Source: Dehalococcoidia bacterium
GTDB lineage: Bacteria > Chloroflexota > Dehalococcoidia > Dehalococcoidales > UBA3254
Length of the DNA stretch: 64,000 nucleotides
Direction: 5' to 3'
Assembly: GCA_025361145.1 (NCBI GenBank)
Contig: JANYAV010000014.1
Location: forward strand, 84,741 to 148,740
The notes below the pieces were generated by a model that saw nothing but the letters and a program-made list of their open reading frames with translations, did no database searches and was not told the DNA's origin. The position numbers and the translations under genes were made by a program. Position 1 is the first letter of the stretch; each line of letters opens with the position of its first letter. This document shows, in pieces, positions 8,920-18,310 of the stretch.

Positions 8920-9609
8920 ATGAAAATTCGCAAAGCTATATTTCGCTGGGTTTTTATTCTGTGTTTTCCGCTGTTATTATTGTCCTCCAGTCTGGCAATA
9001 TGTTTTAACAGCCAGTGGATGTTTAATTATGGCTTTGAAAAATACCAGGTTAGCCAAAGCACCGGACTGTCAACCCAGAATCTGGCCAAGATAGCGAGCA
9101 GTTGGACCAGCTATATCAACTCTAATAAAGAGTACTGGGACATTACTATCAACCAGGATGGTAAAACCTTTACACTATTCACCCTGGACGAGCAAATGCA
9201 TTTTAAAGACGTAAAAGCGTTAGTAAAGTTTGACTATTTAGTTTTATTTTTGGCCTTAATTTTGTGTATTGGATCAACCGTTTTACGTCTATACCCAATA
9301 ACCCGAGAAAATACAAAACAAATTACCAAAGATATTTTATATGGTAGCTTACTTTCAATTGCACTGATCTGTGTTTTGGCTATAGCTTCGCTATTCGATT
9401 TCGATGCGCTTTTCTTACAAATGCATTATCTATTGTTCAGTAATAATTATTGGTACGCAGAAGGCTACATGTTGGAGTTATTTCCGGGCGGTTTTTGGTA
9501 TGATGCAGCTTTTATCTCAATTGGTTTGATGGCTGGATTGGCCTTAATATCTGGAGGTATAGCCTTCTTTAGTCTCAGGTCAGCTAAAAGGAGACACCAA
9601 AGCGAGTAG
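8920..9609 (+). CDS. TIGR01906/DUF1461-family integral membrane protein (Lit-like)
   Basis: 229 aa with an N-terminal TM segment, an extracytoplasmic segment carrying the E-x-HFKDVK motif, and three C-terminal TM segments. Confidence 0.6.
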   Translation: MKIRKAIFRWVFILCFPLLLLSSSLAICFNSQWMFNYGFEKYQVSQSTGLSTQNLAKIASSWTSYINSNKEYWDITINQDGKTFTLFTLDEQMHFKDVKALVKFDYLVLFLALILCIGSTVLRLYPITRENTKQITKDILYGSLLSIALICVLAIASLFDFDALFLQMHYLLFSNNYWYAEGYMLELFPGGFWYDAAFISIGLMAGLALISGGIAFFSLRSAKRRHQSE

Positions 9610-9691
9610 ATAAAAAATGCTTACAACAAAATTGACACCGCCAGGTTAAAAACTTATGATGTGAAGGCAAGAATAAACTGAGGCTAGATAT

Positions 9692-10828
9692 ATGACTGAA
9701 CTCGGGAATAAAAATAACGCTTTGCCCCTTCAAAATAATATAAATATCTCTGCAAATCCTGCTAATTCTGATCTATTTCAGAAACGCTGGTTTTGCGTTG
9801 GAATATTTCCCACAGGAAAAACCTTTAAACAAGACGCCGAGTCACCTATTCCCTTCCTGGAGATAATGAATCGCTCAGTCGTGTCCTGGGTGGATTATAT
9901 TAGCGATGATCCCATCAAAGATCTGCCCGTTGTGGCTGCCCAGATGGGATTCAGCGAGCCTTTTATCACCTCAATGTTACAAGAATCATCGATCAATTAT
10001 CAAGATTTCGATACCGAGTTGTGGATGAGGATGCCGGCAATCCAAATAAGAGGAACGGACGTACAAGCTCATCCCCTGTTTTTATTAATAAGAAAAAACT
10101 TCGTTTTTACGATTCATGTCAGCCTGGTAGATAAGCGTTTTATCAGATTGCGCAGATATTCAGATACAATATTGAAGAAGATCCCAATTGATGGATTGCC
10201 TGAAGATAATTTGACTATGTTAATGACCCGGATTATTGATACCAACGATGATAGCAATTTCAGACATTTAAGGGTGATTGATGAGAGAGGGGATGATCTA
10301 AATCAAAGTCTGATGAGTGCTAAAGCAGACCGGTCGTTCTTAGGGCCCAAAATCTATGAAATGAAGCATGCTTTAATAATATATATGAACGCATTATGGG
10401 AAAGTGTTGATGTTCTGCATACGCTGCGTTACGGGGATGCAGAATTGATTACTAACGATGACAAATTATTAAATCAAATAAGTATTATGACAGAGCAGGT
10501 AAAAAGCCAAATAGGCTTGGCTGAGCACATGTCGGATGTATTAGCTTCAGGGCTGGAAGTAATGCAGAGCATCTACAACAACCAATTGCAGATTTTAAAT
10601 AATCGATTAGCGATGGTGGTCGCCTATTTGACGATTATAGGCACTGCATTACTGGTGCCCAACACTATTGCCACTATGTTGGGTGATCCGGTGTTTGAAA
10701 TCGGGCCAAAAGATATGGTTTGGTATGCGCCTTTAATGATCGGCGGCACAGTCTTGGCTTGTATTGGTTCCTGGTGGTGGGTCAAGAAAATGGGGCTTTT
10801 ACCCAATAAAGCTGATCAAGACAGCTAA
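9692..10828 (+). CDS. CorA-like divalent cation transporter family protein (GMN signature replaced by GDP)
   Basis: 378 aa with a large soluble N-domain and two C-terminal TM helices. The pattern LTIIGTALLVPNTIATMLGDP aligns to CorA LTxxTxxFxPxTxxxGxxGMN. Confidence 0.7.
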   Translation: MTELGNKNNALPLQNNINISANPANSDLFQKRWFCVGIFPTGKTFKQDAESPIPFLEIMNRSVVSWVDYISDDPIKDLPVVAAQMGFSEPFITSMLQESSINYQDFDTELWMRMPAIQIRGTDVQAHPLFLLIRKNFVFTIHVSLVDKRFIRLRRYSDTILKKIPIDGLPEDNLTMLMTRIIDTNDDSNFRHLRVIDERGDDLNQSLMSAKADRSFLGPKIYEMKHALIIYMNALWESVDVLHTLRYGDAELITNDDKLLNQISIMTEQVKSQIGLAEHMSDVLASGLEVMQSIYNNQLQILNNRLAMVVAYLTIIGTALLVPNTIATMLGDPVFEIGPKDMVWYAPLMIGGTVLACIGSWWWVKKMGLLPNKADQDS

Positions 10829-10856
10829 AAATAGATTTATTAATGATGTATTATTT

Positions 10857-11093
10857 TTAGTGACCACAGCTGCTACAGTTCCCTGAACTGCAGGATGAAC
10901 ATGAGCTACCTGTTCCACTAAGACGATCATGAATTCCATTTTCTCCGGAAGATTTGGCATAACAGGCTGACAAAATGCGATCAGACGCACCGTAGCACTT
11001 AGGACATTCAGCGCCTTCTTGAGAGCGACTAAAAGGCCGCATCAATTCAAACTTATTTTTACATTTTCCGCAAACATATTCGTAAATAGGCAT
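10857..11093 (-). CDS. FmdB-family zinc-ribbon protein
   Basis: The N-terminus MPIYEYVCGKCKNKFE...CPKC and the Ser/Cys-rich tail are the CxxC_CxxC_SSSS signature. Confidence 0.85.
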   Translation of the reverse strand: MPIYEYVCGKCKNKFELMRPFSRSQEGAECPKCYGASDRILSACYAKSSGENGIHDRLSGTGSSCSSCSSGNCSSCGH

Positions 11094-11398
11094 AAATAGT
11101 CCTTTAAAAATATTTACTGATATCTCGATTATAGTATCTAAATTCTAAATATGAAAATGTTGTAATTATTAAATATCCACAGCGTTGATATTTTCTGTCG
11201 CCTATATATTTTATACTATCTTTATTTCTGATTCGGCGCCACCGTTATATTTATTACGTTTAAAATATCCCAATAGTTACAACATAATAAACCCTAGCTT
11301 ATGGATCATACTCAATCTTTTTCCTTTTGTTTAAATGCGTTCTATAATAAAAATAATAGTAAGAAGTTTAAAATATCTTTACCCAATTGCAATAATAT

Positions 11399-11596
11399 AT
11401 GTATAAAGATAACAAAGATCAACGAGGAGAGCCACTCTGCCCTTTCTGCGGGAGTAAACAGGTTTATCCAATTAAAAGTAAACGCTGGCTGTTTTTTCAA
11501 GGCACTCAAGGTTGGTCATGTGCCAATGAAAATTGCCGGATGTACCGTAAGTTATTCCCAAATCCATCCTGGGGTACCGGCGGCTGGCATCGTTAA
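11399..11596 (+). CDS. hypothetical small zinc-ribbon-like protein
   Basis: 65 aa with CPFCG...CANENC. There is no clear SD, and it competes with the overlapping ORF 11301-11606. Confidence 0.3.
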   Translation: MYKDNKDQRGEPLCPFCGSKQVYPIKSKRWLFFQGTQGWSCANENCRMYRKLFPNPSWGTGGWHR

Positions 11597-11607
11597 GGAT
11601 AATTAAA

Positions 11608-11832
11608 TTGTATAAACAAAAATGGTTAATTGGAGCTATAGCATTTAACGGACTTGCTATAATCGCATTGGCGGTTTACTTATTTCTCAATTTTTCCAGT
11701 TTCACTCTGGTTAAGGGGCTTGTGTTGATCGGACTGGCTGGTTTTGTTATGTTCTCGGTAGTGGGTTTATTGATCTACCTAACCAGAAACCTGGCGAAGA
11801 AAAATATCTCAGAAAAAAACACCCCTCAATAA
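11608..11832 (+). CDS. hypothetical small membrane protein (2 TM)
   Basis: 74 aa with a TTG start, AAGGA 9 nt upstream, and two hydrophobic helices. Confidence 0.4.
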   Translation: MYKQKWLIGAIAFNGLAIIALAVYLFLNFSSFTLVKGLVLIGLAGFVMFSVVGLLIYLTRNLAKKNISEKNTPQ

Positions 11833-11848
11833 TTATGAAGGGTGTTTT
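11816..11848. terminator. hairpin terminator between convergent small-ORF pair and HNH gene
   Basis: A 9-bp stem AAAACACCC/GGGTGTTTT has flanking A and T runs. Confidence 0.5.
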
Positions 11849-11870
11849 AAAAATATTGGTTTAAACTGGC

Positions 11871-12539
11871 TTAAAAATACTTCCATTGAGGTTTAAATTT
11901 CCAACGCGCAGCGCGGTCTTCTATCCAGATGTGCATCTCTTTCTCAGGTATCTCCCCCCGGTGAGCCAGATCATGGCAGTAAGGACATAATACGATAAGA
12001 TTATCCAGCTTATTGCCACCACCTGCTTTTTCTTCAACAATATGATGCACACTGAGAAAACTGGTGAACTTACAGTAAGGGTTCTCGCAACGGTACCAGA
12101 CGGCATTTACCAGCGAGTTTTTTTCATCCAGCGTTAAAGAAGATGGGTCTTCTATCAACGGAATAGGAGACTCTTCCCCTGATTCAACTGCTGAAGGTGT
12201 TGGAGGCGAATGTCGGGAAGCTGATTTAACTGTATTGGGCTGAGTTAAGATATCACCTGGCAGAAATTTCTCAGCTTCTAATTCTGCTTCCGCGATTTCT
12301 TCTTCAGATTCAACAGGGATTTCTTCAGACAGTTTTTGGATTTTTGGTTTGGCCGTTGATGGTTTGCGGTAGGTTAAATAGATTACTAATGCTGTTATCA
12401 GCACTGCGATGCCCGTAGCGTAGTAAAAATAATAGCTTGGATAGGAGGTGTATTGGTTAAATAGCCAGATCAACATGCCTAAAACAGCGATCGTGATGAG
12501 TACGCGCAGTCCGCGGGGGAATCTATTAATAGCTGACAT
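11871..12539 (-). CDS. membrane-anchored HNH endonuclease domain protein
   Basis: 222 aa with two N-terminal TM helices, an acidic/Pro-Ser linker, and a C-terminal HNH motif (SVHHIVEEKAGGGNKLDNLIVLCPYCHDLAH). Confidence 0.8.
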   Translation of the reverse strand: MSAINRFPRGLRVLITIAVLGMLIWLFNQYTSYPSYYFYYATGIAVLITALVIYLTYRKPSTAKPKIQKLSEEIPVESEEEIAEAELEAEKFLPGDILTQPNTVKSASRHSPPTPSAVESGEESPIPLIEDPSSLTLDEKNSLVNAVWYRCENPYCKFTSFLSVHHIVEEKAGGGNKLDNLIVLCPYCHDLAHRGEIPEKEMHIWIEDRAARWKFKPQWKYF

Positions 12540-12552
12540 AGCTTAAATCCTC

Positions 12553-14013
12553 CTATACAACAGGTTTATTCAAATGCCAATTAGTAGCTTGCTGATAAGT
12601 AAAAGCCGTTCTGAACAACATTTCTTCACTAAATGGCTTGCCGATTATCTGCATACCCACCGGCAAACCTCCAGCGAATCCGGCTGGAATCGATATTGCT
12701 GGGATTCCAGCAATATTGATGGGTAGAGTACATATATCACTAAGATACATCTGAACAGGGTCGCTAGTCTTTTCACCAATTTTAAAAGGTACTGTGGGAG
12801 AAGTAGGAGTAATAAGAACATCGTATTTAGTGAAGGCCTTTTCGAACTCCCTGCGGATTAAAGTGCGCACTTTCTGGGCTTTTAAGTAATAAGCATCGTA
12901 ATAGCCGGATGAAAGGGCATACGTTCCCAGCATAATACGTCTTTTTACTTCAGCTCCGAAGCCGAATTGACGGGTTTTCTCCATATTGTCCCACATATTT
13001 GCACCTTCTTGATAAGAAAAACCATATTTAACGCCGTCATAACGGGCTAAATTGGCAGAAGCTTCAGACGGAGCAATAATGTAGTAGACGGCCAAAGCAT
13101 AGGGAGTGCTTGGGAGCGAAACATTCCAATCCACTACTGCACCCAACTCAATCATCTTGTTGATCGCGTTTTCGATAGCTGCTTTGACTTCGGGTTGCAT
13201 GCCTTCAACAAAATATTCTTTAGGTATGCCAACGCGCAGTCCTTTGACATCTGGTATCAAGCTTTTTGAATAATCAGGTACTTTCTGTGGTGCTGAGGTG
13301 GAATCGCTCGGATCATGGCCTGAAATACAATTCATCACTAGAGCGCAGTCTCTAACATCTTGAGTCAAAGGACCAATTTGATCGAGAGAACTGGCAAAGG
13401 CCACCAGACCGTATCGGCTAACACGTCCGTAGGTGGGTTTAAGTCCAGTAACACTGCAAAATCCGGCCGGTTGCCGTATGCTGCCGCCGGTATCTGAACC
13501 CAGAGAATAAATTGCCTCTCCGGCAGCCACCGAGGCGGCTGAACCACCGCTGCTGCCACCCGGTACCCTCTTCAAGTCCCATGGATTACGGGTTGTAAAA
13601 AAGGCTGAGTTCTCAGTTGAGGACCCCATAGCGAATTCATCCATATTGGCCTTACCGACCATCACCATGCCAGCTTTATTGAGTTTTTCAATGACGGTGG
13701 CATTGTAAGGAGGGACGAAATGTTCCAGCATTTTGGATGAACAGGTAGTCTTAATCCCCCGAGTGCACATATTGTCTTTAATTATGGCGGGGATACCTGT
13801 CAGAGGAGTGCATTCGCCGGCAGCAATCATTTTATCCGCTATCTGAGCCTGTATGATGGCCTGATCGGCAGTCACAGAAACCAGAGCTTTGACTCTTGAA
13901 TCCACATGCTGAATACGCTGCAGATAGGATTGTGTCAGTTCTACAGAAGAGATCTTTTTTTGTTTTAATTGTTGATGGGCTTCGTATATCGTTAATTGAG
14001 TGTTGTTAGGCAA
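12553..14013 (-). CDS. gatA: Asp-tRNA(Asn)/Glu-tRNA(Gln) amidotransferase subunit A
   Basis: The amidase signature GGSSGGSAA is present. I chose the TTG start at 14013 (GAGGA 4 nt upstream) because the longer ORF to 14091 would overlap gatC by 56 nt. Confidence 0.93.
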   Translation of the reverse strand: MPNNTQLTIYEAHQQLKQKKISSVELTQSYLQRIQHVDSRVKALVSVTADQAIIQAQIADKMIAAGECTPLTGIPAIIKDNMCTRGIKTTCSSKMLEHFVPPYNATVIEKLNKAGMVMVGKANMDEFAMGSSTENSAFFTTRNPWDLKRVPGGSSGGSAASVAAGEAIYSLGSDTGGSIRQPAGFCSVTGLKPTYGRVSRYGLVAFASSLDQIGPLTQDVRDCALVMNCISGHDPSDSTSAPQKVPDYSKSLIPDVKGLRVGIPKEYFVEGMQPEVKAAIENAINKMIELGAVVDWNVSLPSTPYALAVYYIIAPSEASANLARYDGVKYGFSYQEGANMWDNMEKTRQFGFGAEVKRRIMLGTYALSSGYYDAYYLKAQKVRTLIRREFEKAFTKYDVLITPTSPTVPFKIGEKTSDPVQMYLSDICTLPINIAGIPAISIPAGFAGGLPVGMQIIGKPFSEEMLFRTAFTYQQATNWHLNKPVV

Positions 14014-14035
14014 ATTGTCCTCACGGATAATATTT

Positions 14036-14326
14036 TTAGTCTTCCAGCACCACTTTGACCTTAAAAAAGTCACCTCCCCTTTGAGGCGCATTAGCCAACA
14101 CGTCCTCTTGGGACAAAGACAGTTTAATCTCGTCAGCCATCGTAACGTTTTGAATTTCGATAGATTGGGCAGTAGGAGGCACAGTAGAGGTATCCAGTTT
14201 ATTCAGCACCACAAAATTATCCAATATATTAGAAAGCTGTTCCTGGAATATTTCGACATCCTTATCAGTTACGCCCAATCTGGCTAGAGCGGCAATGTGA
14301 AGTACTTCTTCTAGTCTAAGTTTCAT
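14036..14326 (-). CDS. gatC: Asp-tRNA(Asn)/Glu-tRNA(Gln) amidotransferase subunit C
   Basis: [17 protein letters not shown] is a typical GatC N-terminus. The ATG at 14326 has GAGAGG upstream. The ORF track extends to 14353. Confidence 0.9.
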   Translation of the reverse strand: MKLRLEEVLHIAALARLGVTDKDVEIFQEQLSNILDNFVVLNKLDTSTVPPTAQSIEIQNVTMADEIKLSLSQEDVLANAPQRGGDFFKVKVVLED

Positions 14327-14445
14327 GATTAACCTCTCAGGGTATTCAGCCAATTATAACACTCATTATTAAAGCTGACAAAAAGGTTTTCAATTTATTG
14401 ATTAATAAGAATTTCGCGCTTTTAGAATATGGGGAAATTGATATA

Positions 14446-14868
14446 ATGGGAATTATGAAGAACGGGCGTTTAATTATCGCGATTGTGACCAGTCTTCTCG
14501 ATGAGGCGCTAATAATATTTTTGATTTTATGGGGGTTGCCAAAACTGGGGGTGAATATTCCTTTATACGTTACGATTGTTATTTGCAGCGGTTTCGTAGT
14601 ATATGCCGTTTTGGTTTACAAAATGGGTAGCCGTGCTCTGTTTAAACGACCTGTAGATGGTTTTACTGACCAGATCGGTATGGAAGGCGAGGTAGTCGTC
14701 ACCCTAAATCCCAGGGGCACAGTAAATATTTTAGGAGAGCTATGGGAAGCCATGGCGGAAGGTGAAGAAATAAAAGCTGGTTCAAAAATAAGAGTAGTAA
14801 GTCAAACAGGATTTAAGCTAACAGTAAGACCATTAAACAATATTACCATCTACCCCAATGAACTTTAG
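14446..14868 (+). CDS. NfeD-family protein (membrane anchor plus C-terminal OB-fold)
   Basis: Two TM helices are followed by GMEGEVVVTLNPRGTVNILGELWEAMAEGEEIKAGSKIRV. The ATG at 14446 is preferred over the TTG at 14398. Confidence 0.75.
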   Translation: MGIMKNGRLIIAIVTSLLDEALIIFLILWGLPKLGVNIPLYVTIVICSGFVVYAVLVYKMGSRALFKRPVDGFTDQIGMEGEVVVTLNPRGTVNILGELWEAMAEGEEIKAGSKIRVVSQTGFKLTVRPLNNITIYPNEL

Positions 14869-15361
14869 ATGAACTGAAACGATTTGCGGGGGCTTTAGGT
14901 TCCTTAGGATATCCCATAGATATCAATGATAATGGCAGGATATAATCTGGCAATTTCAATAAATCTTTTAATTCACGCATTCTTGAAGTAATAGGATAGA
15001 CACCCACAAAAACAGCACCCAATCCCTTAGCGTGAGCGGCTAATAGAATGTTCTGAGCGGCTAGAGCGCAATCAACCATCCACACCTCAGGTTGCACCTG
15101 GATATCGCCACAAATCGCTATGGCAAACTGTGCTTGCAGTAACATGGTTGCATAAGGATGAGTTTCCGGAATCTTATCCAGAATCTGGTGATCTTCAATA
15201 ACAATAAAATGCCAGGGTTGAACATTATGAGATGAAGGGGCGGCCATGGCAGCCTTAAGAAGGTCATTAATAGCTTCAGGGGATATTGTCTCTGATGTAT
15301 ATTCTCTTATACTACGGCGAGTAAGAATAGCCTCTATTGCTTCCATAACTATAACCCTCAA
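14843..15361 (-). CDS. nitroreductase family protein
   Basis: 172 aa with the RRSIREY and NVQPWHF motifs. Confidence 0.9.
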   Translation of the reverse strand: MRVIVMEAIEAILTRRSIREYTSETISPEAINDLLKAAMAAPSSHNVQPWHFIVIEDHQILDKIPETHPYATMLLQAQFAIAICGDIQVQPEVWMVDCALAAQNILLAAHAKGLGAVFVGVYPITSRMRELKDLLKLPDYILPLSLISMGYPKEPKAPANRFSSSKVHWGRW

Positions 15362-15532
15362 CCTAACTAATTCTGGGTTAATTATACACTGTTTCGAAAT
15401 TCAAAAGTCAAAAGGAATAAGCAATAAGTACAAAATAACAAGTGTTTTTAGGTTTCAACTAATTTGTGTTGTTCAATGTAGTTGAGATTGCTATAATAAG
15501 CTTGATTTAAGAATCAAGGAATATGGAAAGAA

Positions 15533-16666
15533 GTGAAAGCGCGCACATCAGAAAAACGTTACCAACGCATTGTGGCTAAATTTGGCACTAGCCTTTTAAC
15601 TGCTGGTGCAGATCATCTAGATCCGGAAATAATGTCTGAACTAGTGCAGCAGTTAGCTAATTTGCATAACCGTAATTTCGAGCTAGCGGTAGTGACTTCG
15701 GGAGCTGTGGCTTGTGGGCGGTACAAATTGGGTTTGCCTAAAAAAGTGAAAGGTATCCCTTACAAGCAAGTTTTATCTTCAGTGGGGCAAAGCTATCTGA
15801 TGTCTATCTATGAAAAATTATTTGATAAATATGGGATCAATATAGCGCAAGCATTACTCACCCGCGCGGTCTTGTGCGATCGGGCCGGTTATTTGAATGC
15901 CCGAAATACCCTCTTGGCATTAATGGAATTGGGTGTAATAAGCATAATCAATGAAAACGATGTCGTGGCCATTGAAGAGATACAAGGTGCCCGCTTTGGC
16001 GATAATGACAACTTATCGGCTATGGTAGCCAATTTGATAGACGCTGATCTTTTAATTATTTTAAGTGATATTGAAGGTCTGTTCACAACGGATCCTAGAA
16101 ATGACCCCAATGCCAAATTGATTAAAGAAGTAAAAATTATCGACGATAAAATATTAGCTTTGGCCGGCGGCAGTTCTTCTGGATTGGGTACCGGAGGGAT
16201 GATGACCAAACTCCAGGCCGCTAAGATGGCCACAGCCAGCGGTATTACGGTTATTATCGCTAAAGGAACCGAGAAAGATGTTTTAAACCGGCTAGCTAAC
16301 GGAGAAAGTATCGGCACACGTTTTTTACCCACAGCTAGTAAATTGGAAAGCAGGGAACGCTGGATGCTGGCTGGATTATCGTCTAACGGTAAACTAACGG
16401 TTGATACGGGTGCTGTCGAGGCTTTAAAAAAGAGGAAAGGTAGCCTTTTGGCAGCTGGAGTGATCGCTATAGAGGGTAAATTTAATCGTGGCGACCTGAT
16501 AGATATTTATGATGTGGCTGGTAATAGGCTTGGATCTGGCATAACCAATTACAACGCCGCGGGCGTTGCCACGATAAAAGGTATGCACTCGCGTACGATT
16601 GCCGCTATCCTGGGATTTGATTACGGCGCGGAAGTTATTCACCGTAATAATTTGATAATTGTATAG
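15533..16666 (+). CDS. proB: glutamate 5-kinase (with PUA domain)
   Basis: 377 aa with an AAK fold (KFGTSLL, VTSGAV) and a C-terminal PUA domain. Confidence 0.95.
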   Translation: MKARTSEKRYQRIVAKFGTSLLTAGADHLDPEIMSELVQQLANLHNRNFELAVVTSGAVACGRYKLGLPKKVKGIPYKQVLSSVGQSYLMSIYEKLFDKYGINIAQALLTRAVLCDRAGYLNARNTLLALMELGVISIINENDVVAIEEIQGARFGDNDNLSAMVANLIDADLLIILSDIEGLFTTDPRNDPNAKLIKEVKIIDDKILALAGGSSSGLGTGGMMTKLQAAKMATASGITVIIAKGTEKDVLNRLANGESIGTRFLPTASKLESRERWMLAGLSSNGKLTVDTGAVEALKKRKGSLLAAGVIAIEGKFNRGDLIDIYDVAGNRLGSGITNYNAAGVATIKGMHSRTIAAILGFDYGAEVIHRNNLIIV

Positions 16667-16686
16667 TTTACAATAAAGGAAATTAG

Positions 16687-16965
16687 ATGGGGCAAGATCC
16701 CAGGCAGAGAACCATAGAGGATTTAATTCCTGCAATTCTGGTAATTTTAGCCAGAAGTACGAATGATAAATTTGACTCTAATATAATTGCTCAGGAATTA
16801 AAAACTGAGAGAGAAGAAATTGACCGCTGTTTTGAAGAAATGAAATATTTACGATTAATCGATTTGTTCACTTATTTTGGCCCACGTTATTCAGCCAGGA
16901 TTACTCCGCTAGGGTTGGCTAACTTGGAAGAGAATAATAACTCGATGGAGAAAAAGAATGATTGA
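16687..16965 (+). CDS. hypothetical 92-aa protein inserted between proB and proA
   Basis: AAGGAAA lies 6 nt upstream of the ATG. The ORF overlaps the proA start by 8 nt. It may be winged-helix-like, but I recognise no family. Confidence 0.5.
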   Translation: MGQDPRQRTIEDLIPAILVILARSTNDKFDSNIIAQELKTEREEIDRCFEEMKYLRLIDLFTYFGPRYSARITPLGLANLEENNNSMEKKND

Positions 16966-18232
16966 TATATTTGCAGAATTAGAAAATAAAGCCAGATGGG
17001 CCAAAGGTGCTTCACACCGACTGGCTTTTATATCTACCGAGATAAAGAATAAGGCTTTACATAATATCTCTCATGATTTGATAAAACGATCCGCAGAGAT
17101 TCTTACGGCTAATAGCCAGGATTACAAAGAAGCCCAAGCATCGGGTATGAATGGGGCTATGCTTGACAGGTTGATGTTAAATGAAGCCCGGATAGACTCC
17201 ATGGCAAATGATGTGCTAGCAGTAGCCGGGCTACAAGATCCAGTAGGGGAAATGATGGACAACCGGACTATGCCCAATGGCTTAACTATCGGAAAAAAGA
17301 GAGTGCCTCTGGGAGTTATCGGGGCTGTTTATGAAAGCAGGCCTAATGTAACCATTGATATATCGGTTTTATGTTTAAAGTCCGGAAACGCGGTTATTTT
17401 ACGTGGAGGCAAAGAGACCATTCGTTCAAACAAGACTCTAGTTAAAGTAGTCCAGGAAGCCGCCTATCGGGCGGGCATTCCTGAGGGTGCTGTTCAGTTT
17501 ATCGATAATAGCGAGCATGCTCTTGTGGAGCGCATGTTAAAATTGAAACAATACATTGATTTGATCATACCCCGGGGAGGGGCCGCACTGATCAAGTTTG
17601 TGGCTGAAACCGCCAATATGCCAGTAGTTACCGGCGGTATTGGGGTTTGTCACACCTATGTCGATAAAAGCGCTGATATACAAAAAGCGGTTGCTATTGT
17701 CTATAATGCCAAAGTCCAGCGGCCTACGGTATGCAATGCCCTGGATTCCGTGATTGTGCATAAAGACATTGCGGCCGAGTATCTCCCCCTAATGGGAGAG
17801 GAGTTGAACAAGGGTGGAGTTGAAATGCATTGCGATGAGCGTGCTATTTCGCTTCTCAATAAAAATAAGAAATTAAAACTCAAACCCGCGGTTGACGAGG
17901 ATTGGGGCAAAGAATTTTTGGAGTTAATTGCTGCTGTAAAAGTTGTTGATTCGCTAGATGATGCGCTAGCTCATATTGATAAATATGGATCGGGGCATTC
18001 TGAGGCGATTATAACAGAAAACTATACTTCGGGTATGCGCTTTTTGAATGAAGTTGATGCTGCGTGTGTCTACTTAAATGCCAGCACTCGTTTCACTGAT
18101 GGGGGACAATTTGGTTTGGGCGCGGAAGTTGGTATCAGCACACAAAAGTTTCATGCCAGAGGGCCCCTGGGTTTGCGTGAATTGACCACTTATAAATGGA
18201 TCATTATGGGGAACGGCCAGACTAGACCCTAA
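16958..18232 (+). CDS. proA: glutamate-5-semialdehyde dehydrogenase
   Basis: 424 aa in the ALDH-like ProA family, adjacent to proB. Confidence 0.95.
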   Translation: MIDIFAELENKARWAKGASHRLAFISTEIKNKALHNISHDLIKRSAEILTANSQDYKEAQASGMNGAMLDRLMLNEARIDSMANDVLAVAGLQDPVGEMMDNRTMPNGLTIGKKRVPLGVIGAVYESRPNVTIDISVLCLKSGNAVILRGGKETIRSNKTLVKVVQEAAYRAGIPEGAVQFIDNSEHALVERMLKLKQYIDLIIPRGGAALIKFVAETANMPVVTGGIGVCHTYVDKSADIQKAVAIVYNAKVQRPTVCNALDSVIVHKDIAAEYLPLMGEELNKGGVEMHCDERAISLLNKNKKLKLKPAVDEDWGKEFLELIAAVKVVDSLDDALAHIDKYGSGHSEAIITENYTSGMRFLNEVDAACVYLNASTRFTDGGQFGLGAEVGISTQKFHARGPLGLRELTTYKWIIMGNGQTRP

Positions 18233-18242
18233 TAAATAATTT

Positions 18243-18285
18243 AGAAGCCTGGCCAGTCTTAAATGACTTAACCAGGCTTCTTTCT
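18243..18285. terminator. bidirectional terminator between convergent proA and rph
   Basis: A 10-bp stem AGAAGCCTGG/CCAGGCTTCT has inner AGTC/GACT pairing and a T-rich tail. Confidence 0.7.
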
Positions 18286-18310
18286 ATTTAATAAACGTAA
18301 TGACTCGTTG

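Noticed and set aside
11301-11606. 101-aa plus-strand ORF overlapping 11399-11596
   Set aside because: Its first third is Asn/Lys-rich translation of AT-rich spacer. The alternative frame gives a CxxC…CxxxxC zinc-ribbon pattern. Both are weak, so only the latter is listed, at low confidence.
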